A stretch of DNA of 64,000 nt from Candidatus Chisholmbacteria bacterium RIFCSPHIGHO2_01_FULL_52_32 (GTDB lineage: Bacteria; Patescibacteriota; Microgenomatia; UBA1400; Chisholmbacteraceae). The stretch lies in the NCBI GenBank assembly GCA_001816585.1, contig MHCJ01000003.1, positions 284,228 to 348,227 of the forward strand, in the 5' to 3' direction. The position numbers and the translations under genes were made by a program. Of the stretch, positions 29,847-39,638 are shown one piece after another. Every line of letters begins with the position of its first letter. Positions within the stretch are counted from its first letter, which is position 1. Below the pieces are notes generated by a model that saw only the letters and a program-made list of their open reading frames with translations, was not told the DNA's origin and searched no databases.

Positions 29847-31520
29847 TCAATCTTTCGTTGTCGCAGCCTTTAAGAGGCCGATGAAGATTGGGTGGGGGGA
29901 GAGTGGGCGAGACATGTATTCAGGATGAAACTGTGTTCCAACAAAAAATGGATGGAGCTCCGGAGAGAGCTCCATTGCTTCGACGAGTTTTCCGTCCGGA
30001 CTTACACCGGAAATCAGATACCCTTTCTCTTCAAGCTCTTTTCTAAAAGTGTTGTTGACTTCGTAGCGGTGTCGGTGACGTTCTGAAACAATATTTCCTT
30101 TGATTGCGTTTACCATGTTTCCGTACTTTCGGTAGAGCCCGTTTAAGATGGTATTTTCATTTACTTTACACGGCCAGGCACCCAATCGAATGGTTCCGCC
30201 GAACTGATGCTTCTTCAAATACTCTCTCTGGTCCGGCATGATGTGAATAACCGGATATTTCGTCCTGGGATCGATCTCCTCGGAATTGGCCCCCGTTAAT
30301 CCCACGACGTTTCTCGCAAACTCAATCGTAGCCAGTTGCATGCCGAAGCAGAGACCCAAATAGGGTACCTTTCGCTCCCTGGCAAACTGCGCCGCGAGAA
30401 TCTTTCCCTCTGTTCCCCGACTCCCCCACCCTTGCGGAACGATAATGGCGTGCGGTTTTGCTTCTTCGAGGATCGCGGGGCCATGTTCTTCTAAACGTTT
30501 GGAGTCAATCGGGATGAGTTCTATCGACTTTTTGCAATAGGCTGCAGCGTGGTTCAAGGCTTCAAGAACCGAGATATAAACATCCTTGTGCTTATCCGCT
30601 CCATGTTTGACGTACTTTCCCACTAAGGCAATCCTCACCGGCTCTGTTCTGAGGTCGGTGTTTGCTACGAATTGCTCCCACTGCTTAAACGTATCTTCCC
30701 GGGCTTTAAGTCCGAACTCTTCGAGAATTTCTGTCGCAAGTCCAGCCATTTTTAAGGTTTCGGGAACTTTGTAGATGTTTGGATTGTCAGGATTGTCAAT
30801 AATGTGCTCACGATCAATAAAACAGCGGGCGGAAAGGGTTTCGAGCCTTGGTTCATCAATCGGAATTTCCCCCCTGGTGATGATAAAATTCGGAAAGATA
30901 CCGCTCTCCCTCAGATGAGCCACCGCATGCTGGGTTGGTTTTGTTTTTAACTCCCCGACATTCCTTAAGAACGGAAGGTAGGTTACCAGAATATAGATGG
31001 CGGGGTACTGGCGACCGAGTTCCCTTGCCGCATGCAGGAACGGTTGGTTCTCCAGATCCCCGGTCGTCCCCCCGATCTCCACCAAAACAATCTCATCGGT
31101 TTTTTTCACCGGGGCGAGGATCATCCGTTTTATTTCATCGATCACATCGGGGAACATTGAGGCATCCCTACCTTTGTATACCATGTGACGCTCGTTTTTT
31201 ATCACGTTTGAAAATACTTTCCCGGTCGTGATGTTATGGTCTCTGGTTAACGATTGGTTCAAAAACCGTTCGTAGTGTCCGAGGTCCTGATCGATTTCTC
31301 CGCCATCATCGGTGACAAATACTTCCCCGTGTTCAGCGGGGCGCATTGTCCCGGCATCGATAGAAATATACGGATCAATTTTGATTGCGGTTGCGTTAAA
31401 ACCGAGGGATTTTACAAGAAGCGCAATTGAGGCAGTCGTTATGCCTTTTCCAATACCCGATAGTACTCCTCCGATAACGAAGATGAATCTCGGAGAATTA
31501 TGCATACCGTAGCCTATCAC
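29847..31520 (-). CDS. pyrG: CTP synthase
   Basis: 557 aa. The N-terminal synthetase domain FVIGGVLSGIGKGI is followed by a C-terminal class I glutamine amidotransferase (GLCFGMQ). Confidence 0.9.
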   Translation of the reverse strand: MIGYGMHNSPRFIFVIGGVLSGIGKGITTASIALLVKSLGFNATAIKIDPYISIDAGTMRPAEHGEVFVTDDGGEIDQDLGHYERFLNQSLTRDHNITTGKVFSNVIKNERHMVYKGRDASMFPDVIDEIKRMILAPVKKTDEIVLVEIGGTTGDLENQPFLHAARELGRQYPAIYILVTYLPFLRNVGELKTKPTQHAVAHLRESGIFPNFIITRGEIPIDEPRLETLSARCFIDREHIIDNPDNPNIYKVPETLKMAGLATEILEEFGLKAREDTFKQWEQFVANTDLRTEPVRIALVGKYVKHGADKHKDVYISVLEALNHAAAYCKKSIELIPIDSKRLEEHGPAILEEAKPHAIIVPQGWGSRGTEGKILAAQFARERKVPYLGLCFGMQLATIEFARNVVGLTGANSEEIDPRTKYPVIHIMPDQREYLKKHQFGGTIRLGAWPCKVNENTILNGLYRKYGNMVNAIKGNIVSERHRHRYEVNNTFRKELEEKGYLISGVSPDGKLVEAMELSPELHPFFVGTQFHPEYMSRPLSPHPIFIGLLKAATTKD

Positions 31521-31544
31521 TCAATGCAACCTTAGGTCAATCTT

Positions 31545-32474
31545 TCACAGGCCTGACCCCTTTTTTGTCAGCGCAGACACTGCCCGTCCAACTGCGGGAA
31601 TTGCGCTGACAATTTTTAATTTGTCAAATTGTTGTGCCTTTGTTATCGGCAGCGTATCGGTGACCGTGATCTCGTCGATCTGGCTTCTCGAGATTCGATC
31701 CGATGACCCTTTGATAAAAAGCGCATGGGTGCAAAATGCAGCAGCGGACTTTGCCCCGCTTTCCTTGAGGAGTGTAGCAGCCTCCACCAAGGTGTCACCC
31801 GTTACCACCACATCATCGCAGAGGATGCAATCCTTTCCTGCAACGTTACCCTTGACTTTACCGTACTCAATTTTCAGCGTCTGACGGTCCCTGACTTTCT
31901 TCAGGACCAATACTCGACCGTTGACCAGACTTGCCAGCTCCATGGCTCTTGTTCTGGCCCCGTCATCCGGAGCAACGATCAGCGTGTTTTCGGTATACCT
32001 CCCGATGAGCATATCTTTGAAGATTTCCGATGGCGCGATCACCCTCGTTTGTGTCTTGAAATATGAGGCCGTCCGAAGACTATGAAGATCGATCAAAATC
32101 AGTTCACTCAGTTTTAGGGCATCGATCAGACGCGCGATCGATTCGGAGGATATCGGCTCTCCGGTGCGGAACTGTTCGTCCTGCAGGCTATAGGCAAGCC
32201 AGGGGATTATTCCGATAACCTTTTGCGGAAATCCCCTTTTTACTGCGTCGATGAGTAAGGCAAACTCGATCAACTGTGCGCCGGCACTGCCGAAAAGACT
32301 CTGGACCACAACGACAGTTTTCCCTCGAACATCACCCAGAATCCTGGCCCGGAGCTCTCCATTGGGGAATACACTCAACTCTCTTTTCGTGACTGATGCC
32401 TGTAAGAATTCTGCCAGGCCCTCGGCAAAGGCAGGATGAGAGGAGCCGGAAACGATTGTTAACGTCTCCTTCAT
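31545..32474 (-). CDS. prs: Ribose-phosphate pyrophosphokinase (PRPP synthetase)
   Basis: 309 aa with the PRPP-binding motif ILCDDVVVTGDTL. Confidence 0.9.
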   Translation of the reverse strand: MKETLTIVSGSSHPAFAEGLAEFLQASVTKRELSVFPNGELRARILGDVRGKTVVVVQSLFGSAGAQLIEFALLIDAVKRGFPQKVIGIIPWLAYSLQDEQFRTGEPISSESIARLIDALKLSELILIDLHSLRTASYFKTQTRVIAPSEIFKDMLIGRYTENTLIVAPDDGARTRAMELASLVNGRVLVLKKVRDRQTLKIEYGKVKGNVAGKDCILCDDVVVTGDTLVEAATLLKESGAKSAAAFCTHALFIKGSSDRISRSQIDEITVTDTLPITKAQQFDKLKIVSAIPAVGRAVSALTKKGSGL

Positions 32475-35400
32475 TTGAGAAGCTTCCCGATTTGTTGTTT
32501 AAGCCTTCCTGTGTAATGTACCCCGTATGGCAAGGCTATTCGCCTTGCAGACCCGCCGTTCTCCACATTCAAAACGATCCTGTCGTCCCCTTTGTTTTCT
32601 TTGAAGAGTTCGCTTAACGTTTTTAGCCTCTCTCTTGAAGTTTTTCTCGGGATGGTAATGGTGATCGCATCGTCATTTTCCAATTGAGCGGTGTCTCTAT
32701 CTTCACCTGTTAACTCCTCATGGGTCACCGGTCGCTCCGCAATCAGAGACAGCCGATCGTCACGTTGGTTTACCGTTCCAGTAACGAGTAAGGGGGCATC
32801 GACCACCCAAATTGACCGTGTTTTTTCATACAATTTCGGGAAGACCACCACATCGATTTTGCCCGTATCATCCTCGAGCGTTGCAAATACCATCTCCTGC
32901 TGGCCTTTCTTTGTGACTACTCTCCTTAAGTCCGTCAGGATACCTGCTATTGTTACAACTTTGCCTACGTGGATGTCTTCCGAAAGGTCCTCCACTTTAT
33001 GAGTAGCGCGCTCGCCCATCGTCTTTAGGACCTTCGCCATCGGATGGTCGGTCAGATAAAACCCTAACATCTGCTTTTCCATCGCCAGGAGCTCCGTCTT
33101 CTGGAACTCTTCTACTTCGGGAAGATCATCTTTATCACCGGACTTTGCCTCTGTGATGGTTTCAAACATTGTCGTCTGTCCGCTCGCCTTCGCCTTCTGC
33201 TCCGTGAGAATATTTTCCCGTACCTTGTCCAGCGATACTAAAAGAGGGGCTCTGGGACCGAAGTCGTCCATTGCGCCTACTTTAATCAAGCTTTCAAGGA
33301 CTTTCCGATTCACCTTTTGTCCATCGACCCTCCGGCAGAAATCAGCGAGCGAGGTGAATGTTCCGCTTTTCTTTCTTGCCTGAAGAATCACTTCGATTGC
33401 CGTCATCCCTACGTTTTTGATTGCGGCAAGGCCAAACCGGATTGCCTTTCCTTCGAGCGATTGTTTTATCTTCTCAAGTGTAAATCCGCTTTCAGAAGAG
33501 TTCACGCTCGGAGGCATAATCGCGACCCCCATCCGTCTTGCCTCTTCGATTGCTATAGCGACCTTGTCCGTATTCGAAGCCTCGGCGGTCAGAACCGCTG
33601 CCATAAACTCAACCGGAAAGTTTGCTTTCATGTAGGCCGTCTGGTATGCGATCATCGCGTAACTTGCCGAGTGAGCCTTGTTGAACCCGTATCCTGCGAA
33701 GCGCTCGATGTATCCCCAGACCCGATCAGCCACGGGTTTTGTGTATCCTTTTTCCCTCGCGCCATCGGTAAATTTCTTCTTCTCCCGTTCCATGATCGAC
33801 CGTTTCTTCTTGCCGATTGCCAGTCTCAAATTATCCGCCTCTGCTAACGAATAGCCGGCAAGCAGGGCCGCTATCTGCAGGCATTGTTCCTGGTACACTG
33901 CGATACCGTAGGTCTCCTCTAAAATGGGCTTTAAGTCTTCATGGGGGTATTTCACCTGCTTTGGGTTTTGCTTCCCTTTGATGAAATCGTTAATCAGCTC
34001 CATCGGCCCGGGCCGGTAGAGGGCCACCATGGCCGTGATATCGGAGAACCTTGACGGCTTCAGGGCCCGGGCAACCCGGCGCATCCCGGACGATTCCAGC
34101 TGGAAAACGCCCGTTGTTTCTCCCTTCGAGAGCATTTCATAGACCTTCCTGTCATCGAGTGGAATTTCGGAGATGTCAACTTTGACCCCCCTTTCCTGAC
34201 GAACAAAATCGATTGCAAGGCCCAGGATTGTCAAATTTCTCAGTCCTAAAAAGTCCATCTTTAAGAGTCCGATGGCTTCTTTGGATATATTGAGGTCTAA
34301 AGCGTACATGTCGTATTGGGTGATAATCTTGCCGCTTGTTGATTCCCGCTGAAGTGGGACGTAGGACGTCAATTCTTGATCTGCGATCACTACGCCGGCG
34401 GCGTGCGTTGAGGCGTGGCGAGCCACCCCTTCGACTTTCTTTGCCAGGTCAATCAGTTTGCGGAATTTCTCGTTTTTATAGTACTCCTGAAGCTCAAACA
34501 CGCTCGTCAATGCTTCTTCAATCGAGTACCCGAGCGGGATGAGTTTTGCAATACGGTCCGGCTCTTCGTATGGTAGTCCGAGAACCCGGCCAATATCGCG
34601 GATGCTCGCACGCGCCTCCATCGTCCCGAAGGTGATGATTTGGGCAACTTTCTTTTCGCCGTACTTCTCGGTCACATACGCGATCACTTCGTCCCTCCGG
34701 TCGTCGGCGAAATCAAGGTCGATGTCAGGAGGGGTCGGTCGATAGGGATTAAGGAAGCGTTCGAAAGGAAGATTGTGTTCTAACGGATCAATAGAGGTGA
34801 TCCGGAGTACAAATGATACCAAGGATCCTGCTGCTGATCCTCTCCCCGGTCCAACCCGGATTCCTTTTTCTTTTGCCCAATTGACAAAATCGGCAACGAT
34901 CAGAAAGTACGGAGCAAAGCCTTTGCCGCAGATCACGTCAAGCTCGTTCTCAACGCGCGCTTGAACTTCCTTCGATGGGTTTGGATAGCGTAGCTTGATA
35001 TTGACTGATACTTGGTTTCGCAAATACGATTCGGGGGTTTCTCCTTCTGGCAATGGATATTTTGGCAGGATCCAATTGCCGATGGGTATTTCCAGTTGGC
35101 ATTTTCCCGCTATTGTATTGGTGTTTTCAACCGCATCGGGATAGTCTTTGAACGCTGTTTGCATTTCTTCCGGTGAGCGTAGGTAGAAATCCGGGCTATC
35201 GAACATGGACAGCCTGTTTTTGTCTGAGATCAGCTTTCTTGTCTGAACAGCCAGGAGAGCATCTTGGGCCTGAGCGTCTTCTTTATCGACATAATGAACA
35301 TCGTTTGTCGCGACGATCGGTATGCCGAGTTCTCTGGATAACTTCACCAATTTTTCTCGAACCGCCTCCACTTCTGGAATATTTGAGTGGTGCTGAATCT

Positions 35401-35929
35401 CTAGATAGAAGTCCTGACCGAATAGCTCTTGGAATCTTCCGGCAAGTTTCTCTGCTTCTTTCTCCCGTTTTGCAAGGATCAGCTGTGCAATCTCCCCTTG
35501 TATGCAGGCGCTGGTTACCATCAAACCTTCTCTGTATTTAGCGAGGATTTCCCAGTCGATCCTCGGACGATAGTGATAGCCCTCCAGGTGAGCCAGGGTT
35601 GTCAGCATCATCAGGTTTTTGTACCCTTGGATGTTTTTGGCGAGGATGAGGAGATGAAACTGGTCCGCTCCGAATCGGGGCTGCTTGTCGTGTCTTGAGA
35701 CGGAAGCCATGTACGTTTCCATTCCGATGATCGGTTTTAAGCCAAGTTGTTTTGCCGTTGTGAAAAAGGGAACCGCCCCGTACATCGCACCGTGGTCGGT
35801 GATGGCAATTGCTTCCATCTCGAATTCTTTTGCCCGTTCTAAGAGCTTCGGGATTTTCGATAGCCCGTCGAGCAACGAGTATTCCGTGTGTACATGAAGA
35901 TGGACGAAAGGCGTCATTCTGAAGCTCAA
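32471..35929 (-). CDS. dnaE: DNA polymerase III alpha subunit
   Basis: 1152 aa. It has an N-terminal PHP domain (FVHLHVHTEYSLLDG), the Pol IIIa palm/fingers, and OB and C-terminal domains. Confidence 0.9.
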   Translation of the reverse strand: MSFRMTPFVHLHVHTEYSLLDGLSKIPKLLERAKEFEMEAIAITDHGAMYGAVPFFTTAKQLGLKPIIGMETYMASVSRHDKQPRFGADQFHLLILAKNIQGYKNLMMLTTLAHLEGYHYRPRIDWEILAKYREGLMVTSACIQGEIAQLILAKREKEAEKLAGRFQELFGQDFYLEIQHHSNIPEVEAVREKLVKLSRELGIPIVATNDVHYVDKEDAQAQDALLAVQTRKLISDKNRLSMFDSPDFYLRSPEEMQTAFKDYPDAVENTNTIAGKCQLEIPIGNWILPKYPLPEGETPESYLRNQVSVNIKLRYPNPSKEVQARVENELDVICGKGFAPYFLIVADFVNWAKEKGIRVGPGRGSAAGSLVSFVLRITSIDPLEHNLPFERFLNPYRPTPPDIDLDFADDRRDEVIAYVTEKYGEKKVAQIITFGTMEARASIRDIGRVLGLPYEEPDRIAKLIPLGYSIEEALTSVFELQEYYKNEKFRKLIDLAKKVEGVARHASTHAAGVVIADQELTSYVPLQRESTSGKIITQYDMYALDLNISKEAIGLLKMDFLGLRNLTILGLAIDFVRQERGVKVDISEIPLDDRKVYEMLSKGETTGVFQLESSGMRRVARALKPSRFSDITAMVALYRPGPMELINDFIKGKQNPKQVKYPHEDLKPILEETYGIAVYQEQCLQIAALLAGYSLAEADNLRLAIGKKKRSIMEREKKKFTDGAREKGYTKPVADRVWGYIERFAGYGFNKAHSASYAMIAYQTAYMKANFPVEFMAAVLTAEASNTDKVAIAIEEARRMGVAIMPPSVNSSESGFTLEKIKQSLEGKAIRFGLAAIKNVGMTAIEVILQARKKSGTFTSLADFCRRVDGQKVNRKVLESLIKVGAMDDFGPRAPLLVSLDKVRENILTEQKAKASGQTTMFETITEAKSGDKDDLPEVEEFQKTELLAMEKQMLGFYLTDHPMAKVLKTMGERATHKVEDLSEDIHVGKVVTIAGILTDLRRVVTKKGQQEMVFATLEDDTGKIDVVVFPKLYEKTRSIWVVDAPLLVTGTVNQRDDRLSLIAERPVTHEELTGEDRDTAQLENDDAITITIPRKTSRERLKTLSELFKENKGDDRIVLNVENGGSARRIALPYGVHYTGRLKQQIGKLLK

Positions 35930-35963
35930 TACTATCAGGAAACAGGAAAAATACCAAGGTTAC

Positions 35964-37289
35964 CTAGGCTCTTTTCCCCCCGAGTCTTTTGTGAAGGATT
36001 GCTTTCAAAAGAATGGCGTCTGCTCTGCCGGAAGAGAGCTGCATGACTTTTCCAATCAATACTTCGATCGCTTGGGTTTTCCCTTTTTGATAATCAACTA
36101 CCGCTTGAGGAAGGCTTGATATAGCCTCCGTGATCCACCGATTCAGCATCGCTTTGTCCTGGACTTTTTCAGATTTTTGTTTCTTCAGTATTTCGATCAG
36201 CGATTTCGGTGTACGGTTCTTCAGATTGATCTTTTTGTTCACGATTATGATTGCCAGTGCATTTGGTGCAAAGCCATGCTTCTTGCCCTCCATGAACACG
36301 GCTTCAGCGACCTCGGCAAGCCGACTGTCAGATACCAGTACCTGTGCGTACTTCGGTTCAACCTTGAAATCTTTCAGGAAACGTGACTCGAGCATATCCG
36401 GCAGCTCCGGAAGTTCTGCCCGGCGACCGGCAAGCTCCTCTGATGTGAAACGCATCGGGGGGATATCCGGTTCCGGAAAGTATCGATAGTCCGCAGCCGT
36501 CTCCTTGTAACGTTGGGTTTCCGTCTTCTGCTGTTTTTCGCTCCATCCCCGAGTTTCTTGGCGCGGAAGCTTCCCTGCGGCCAGAAGCTTCTCCTGTCTT
36601 TGGAGTTCGTAGTCGATGGCCCTCCCAACGAAATTGAACGAGTTGAGGTTCTTTACCTCGACCTTATACCCCAAGTCCAGTCCCAGAGAGATGTTTGCCT
36701 CGAGCCTCATGGAGCCTTTTTCCATGTCGCAATCTGATACAGCGAGGTACCGTACAATCCTTTGGAGCCGCTCGCAGAATTCCTTGGCTTGTGTCCCGGT
36801 CTTTACATCCGGCTCTGTCACAATTTCTACCAAAGGGACTCCGCTCCTGTTAAAGTCAACTAACGTCACGTCTTCTCCCTCCAGGGTCGTATGTAAAAGC
36901 TTCCCCGTATCTTCTTCGAGATGCACTCGAGTTATCCTGACTTTCCCTTCGGTCGTTTCCAGATATCCATCTGTGCAGAGTGGTTCGTCGTATTGGCTAA
37001 TTTGGTAGCCTTTCGGTAAGTCCGGATAAAAATAGTGTTTCCGATCGAACTTTGACTCCCTTTCTGCCTTACAGTGTAAAGCCAGACCAATCAACTGGGT
37101 CCAGCGGATTGCCTTGACGTTTGGGACCGGCAAGGCTCCGGGAAGACCAAGACAAACCGGACATGTGTTGGTGTTTGCACTCGCTCCAAAATGGTCGGCC
37201 GGACAGCCACAGAACATCTTGCTTTTCGTTTTAAGCTCTACGTGAACTTCAATGCCTATCGTTGGTTTGTACGTTTTATCTTTCTTCAT
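35964..37289 (-). CDS. gatB: Aspartyl/glutamyl-tRNA(Asn/Gln) amidotransferase subunit B
   Basis: 441 aa. The N-terminus KPTIGIEVHVEL and a C-terminal YqeY-like domain match GatB. Confidence 0.9.
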   Translation of the reverse strand: MKKDKTYKPTIGIEVHVELKTKSKMFCGCPADHFGASANTNTCPVCLGLPGALPVPNVKAIRWTQLIGLALHCKAERESKFDRKHYFYPDLPKGYQISQYDEPLCTDGYLETTEGKVRITRVHLEEDTGKLLHTTLEGEDVTLVDFNRSGVPLVEIVTEPDVKTGTQAKEFCERLQRIVRYLAVSDCDMEKGSMRLEANISLGLDLGYKVEVKNLNSFNFVGRAIDYELQRQEKLLAAGKLPRQETRGWSEKQQKTETQRYKETAADYRYFPEPDIPPMRFTSEELAGRRAELPELPDMLESRFLKDFKVEPKYAQVLVSDSRLAEVAEAVFMEGKKHGFAPNALAIIIVNKKINLKNRTPKSLIEILKKQKSEKVQDKAMLNRWITEAISSLPQAVVDYQKGKTQAIEVLIGKVMQLSSGRADAILLKAILHKRLGGKRA

Positions 37290-38728
37290 TGCTTTAGCCT
37301 CGGTTTCCTTTCGTACATCCGAAGCTCCTGTTCGACTTCAAGACTAACCCGAAACAACCGTGTTTCTGAAAAATGAGGGGCAATCAGCTGTAAGCCATTG
37401 GGCAAGTTGTCAACAAACCCGATCGGAACGGAAATCGCCGGATGTCCGGTGAGGTTTGCCGGAACTGTCAAGACATCAGATAAGTACATCTTTAAAGGAT
37501 CCTTTTCCCGCTCGCCGTGCTTAAAGGGAGGAAAGGGGAACACCGGCCCGGCGATCAGATCCACTTTTTGAAAAGCTTCTTCAAACTCCCTGATCAAGAG
37601 GGTTCTTCCAGCAATCGCCCGCTTATAGTATTGGTCGGCGTACCCGGCGGAGAGGGAGTGTGTCCCGATCATTATGCGACGCTTGGCTTCGTCCTGAAAC
37701 CTCTGCCTCGGGAATCCGTACCGAATACCGTCAAAGCGGGCTAGATTTGAAGACACTTCAGAAGAGACCGTGACACAGTATATAGCGTAAGCGTATTTTA
37801 CATTGGGCAAGGAGATCTCAATCAGCCTATGCCCTCTGGCCTTGAGCACATCCAGGGCTTGAAGGACTTTCGTTACCAATTTCGTTTCGAGACCTTCGAA
37901 AAATTCTTTCGGAATGCCGATTTTTACTCTCCCTTTGTCTGCAAGCCTCTCATGGTACTGCTGTACTGGCTCGGTTGAAGAAGTCGCATCGAGGGGATCA
38001 TTTCCGGCGGTTACAGAAAGAATCGCGGCAGAGTCCCAGACTCTTTTTGTCAGGTGTCCAATCGAGTCCGTTGTAGACGCCATGGCAATTATTCCATAGC
38101 GGCTTACCCGCCCGTAGGTTGGTTTTAGACCCACCAGATTACAGTAACTGGCCGGTTGTCTGTTTGAACCTCCGGTATCGGTCCCGGTCGCCGCGATGCA
38201 AAGGTCCGACGCAACCGCAGCGCCTGAACCGCTCGATGAGCCTCCGGTTACCCTTTCATAGTCATACGGGTTTCGCGTTATTCCATACTCCGTATGCTCC
38301 CCTGAAGATCCGTGTCCCCAAGCGTCAAGGTTCGTCTTTCCCAAGATGATGGCCCCAGCATTCTTTAGCCTCGATACTGCCGTTGCATCATATTGGGGAA
38401 TATAATCGTCGAGTACCTTCGAGGCGGCTGTTGTCCGAAGACCCTGGGTGAGAAAATTATCTTTGAGCACAATCGGAATTCCCAAAAGGAGCCTGTCAGA
38501 TCCTTTGGCCCTCTCCTGATCGGCTTTGGTTGCCTCAGCGATGATCTCCTGCTCGTCCCTTACGGTAATAAAGGCGTGAAGTTTTGGATTGTACTTTTTT
38601 ATCCGCTCTAAGAACACATTGACAAGCTCTACGCTTGAGGCCCGTTTTGACCTCAATAGCGTTATCGCTTCCTGAAGTGATACTTCATGAAGTTTCATTT
38701 CTTCCTTTAAAGATTGACTTGGTGACAA
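37286..38728 (-). CDS. gatA: Glutamyl-tRNA(Gln) amidotransferase subunit A (amidase signature)
   Basis: 480 aa with the amidase signature GGSSSGSGAAVAS and the Ser-cisSer-Lys triad context. Confidence 0.9.
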   Translation of the reverse strand: MSPSQSLKEEMKLHEVSLQEAITLLRSKRASSVELVNVFLERIKKYNPKLHAFITVRDEQEIIAEATKADQERAKGSDRLLLGIPIVLKDNFLTQGLRTTAASKVLDDYIPQYDATAVSRLKNAGAIILGKTNLDAWGHGSSGEHTEYGITRNPYDYERVTGGSSSGSGAAVASDLCIAATGTDTGGSNRQPASYCNLVGLKPTYGRVSRYGIIAMASTTDSIGHLTKRVWDSAAILSVTAGNDPLDATSSTEPVQQYHERLADKGRVKIGIPKEFFEGLETKLVTKVLQALDVLKARGHRLIEISLPNVKYAYAIYCVTVSSEVSSNLARFDGIRYGFPRQRFQDEAKRRIMIGTHSLSAGYADQYYKRAIAGRTLLIREFEEAFQKVDLIAGPVFPFPPFKHGEREKDPLKMYLSDVLTVPANLTGHPAISVPIGFVDNLPNGLQLIAPHFSETRLFRVSLEVEQELRMYERKPRLKQ

Positions 38729-39008
38729 AGTAGCCTCGGTGCGTCCGTTTGGCTTGGCTTACGGATGCTGTTTGGGAGAGGATCGTATTCCGGTTCACTC
38801 TGTCTTCGCGAAACCGATTGGTTGTGCCTGTGACCTGACTCGTCTCGGTAACGTCTTGGGTTCTCATCCCGGCGATTTGGTTTACATATTCGAAGATGCT
38901 TGCCAGCTGGGCTTTAAACCTTGCGGCTTCTGCCTCGTTTAGGCTTAGCTTTGCAAGGCGCGAAACGTGTTTGACCTCTTTTATGGTGATTGAGGACTTG
39001 GTTCTCAT
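38685..39008 (-). CDS. gatC: Glu/Asp-tRNA amidotransferase subunit C
   Basis: 107 aa. The pattern ITIKEVKHVSRLAKLSLNEAEAARFKAQL matches GatC. It overlaps the gatA start. Confidence 0.8.
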   Translation of the reverse strand: MRTKSSITIKEVKHVSRLAKLSLNEAEAARFKAQLASIFEYVNQIAGMRTQDVTETSQVTGTTNRFREDRVNRNTILSQTASVSQAKRTHRGYFVTKSIFKGRNETS

Positions 39009-39187
39009 TGCAGACCTCTCTCTTGATCCATTTTTCTTCGGCAGTTTTTATGGTCACTAAACGGACCAATAGGCTGCTATCTTAGTGCATTTTCTCGAAT
39101 TGTACAAGAGGTTTGCTTAGTGGAAGTCCAATGGATCGGGAAAGTAACAAACTCCGAGATAAGGAGCTTAACGAATGCTCGGATTGA

Positions 39188-39358
39188 CTAGAAGCTTAAG
39201 CTTTCCGCCTCGGCTGGGGACAGGGAGCCATTTTGGCGAAGCTTCATCACGAGCCTCTTTTGTGCGTCTGCGATCACTTCCCGCTGGATCGGTCCTGAAA
39301 TATTGGCCTTCGCCAGCTCGGCGAGCTCGATGGCAAGACCGCAGTCTTTTCGCTCCAT
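39188..39358 (-). CDS. Small hypothetical protein (56 aa) with a strong SD; below the ORF-track length cutoff
   Basis: Manual translation gives MERKDCGLAIELAELAKANISGPIQREVIADAQKRLVMKLRQNGSLSPAEAESLSF. It is preceded by GGGAGGGGAGGTG 7 nt upstream of the ATG. It is helical and charged, unlike the R/S/P-rich antisense plus-strand ORF. Confidence 0.45.
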   Translation of the reverse strand: MERKDCGLAIELAELAKANISGPIQREVIADAQKRLVMKLRQNGSLSPAEAESLSF

Positions 39359-39638
39359 AATTTTTCACCTCCCCTCCCCTATTTTAGTAATCAGTTAGGT
39401 GTATAGCAGTCTCAAACGTTGAGTGCAATGCGTAGGAGTTATGTACGGGAAATATTCGCCTTTACCGGCAACCAAAATTCTGTTTGTGAAACCCGAAGGG
39501 CGTTCACGTATGAAGTCAGTTTAGAAGCTTATTTCCATGCCCTGTTTTCCCTCGGAGTGGTGGTTCGGTTCACCTTTTCTGCCGATCCGCGGCACGCCTG
39601 CCCTTTCTTGAGACTCAGAACATCAATGAACGTGCGGG

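Noticed and set aside
33317-33847. 176-aa plus-strand ORF and several 60-120 aa ORFs inside dnaE, korA, ppsA, atpA, atpD and the GT genes
   Set aside because: All are antisense or alternative-frame ORFs within strongly supported long genes. Their Cys/Arg/Ser-rich compositions are typical of non-coding frames.
39175-39360. 61-aa plus-strand ORF with AAGGAG upstream
   Set aside because: Its product is R/S/P-rich low-complexity, typical of the antisense frame of a real gene. The minus-strand 56-aa ORF with the stronger SD is preferred.
39480-39510. Hairpin GTGAAACCC-GAAG-GGCGTTCAC in the 270-nt ORF-free region between htpX and the small ORF
   Set aside because: It is an isolated stem-loop without a following U-tract and without recognisable riboswitch or ncRNA core motifs. 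That is insufficient to call a feature.
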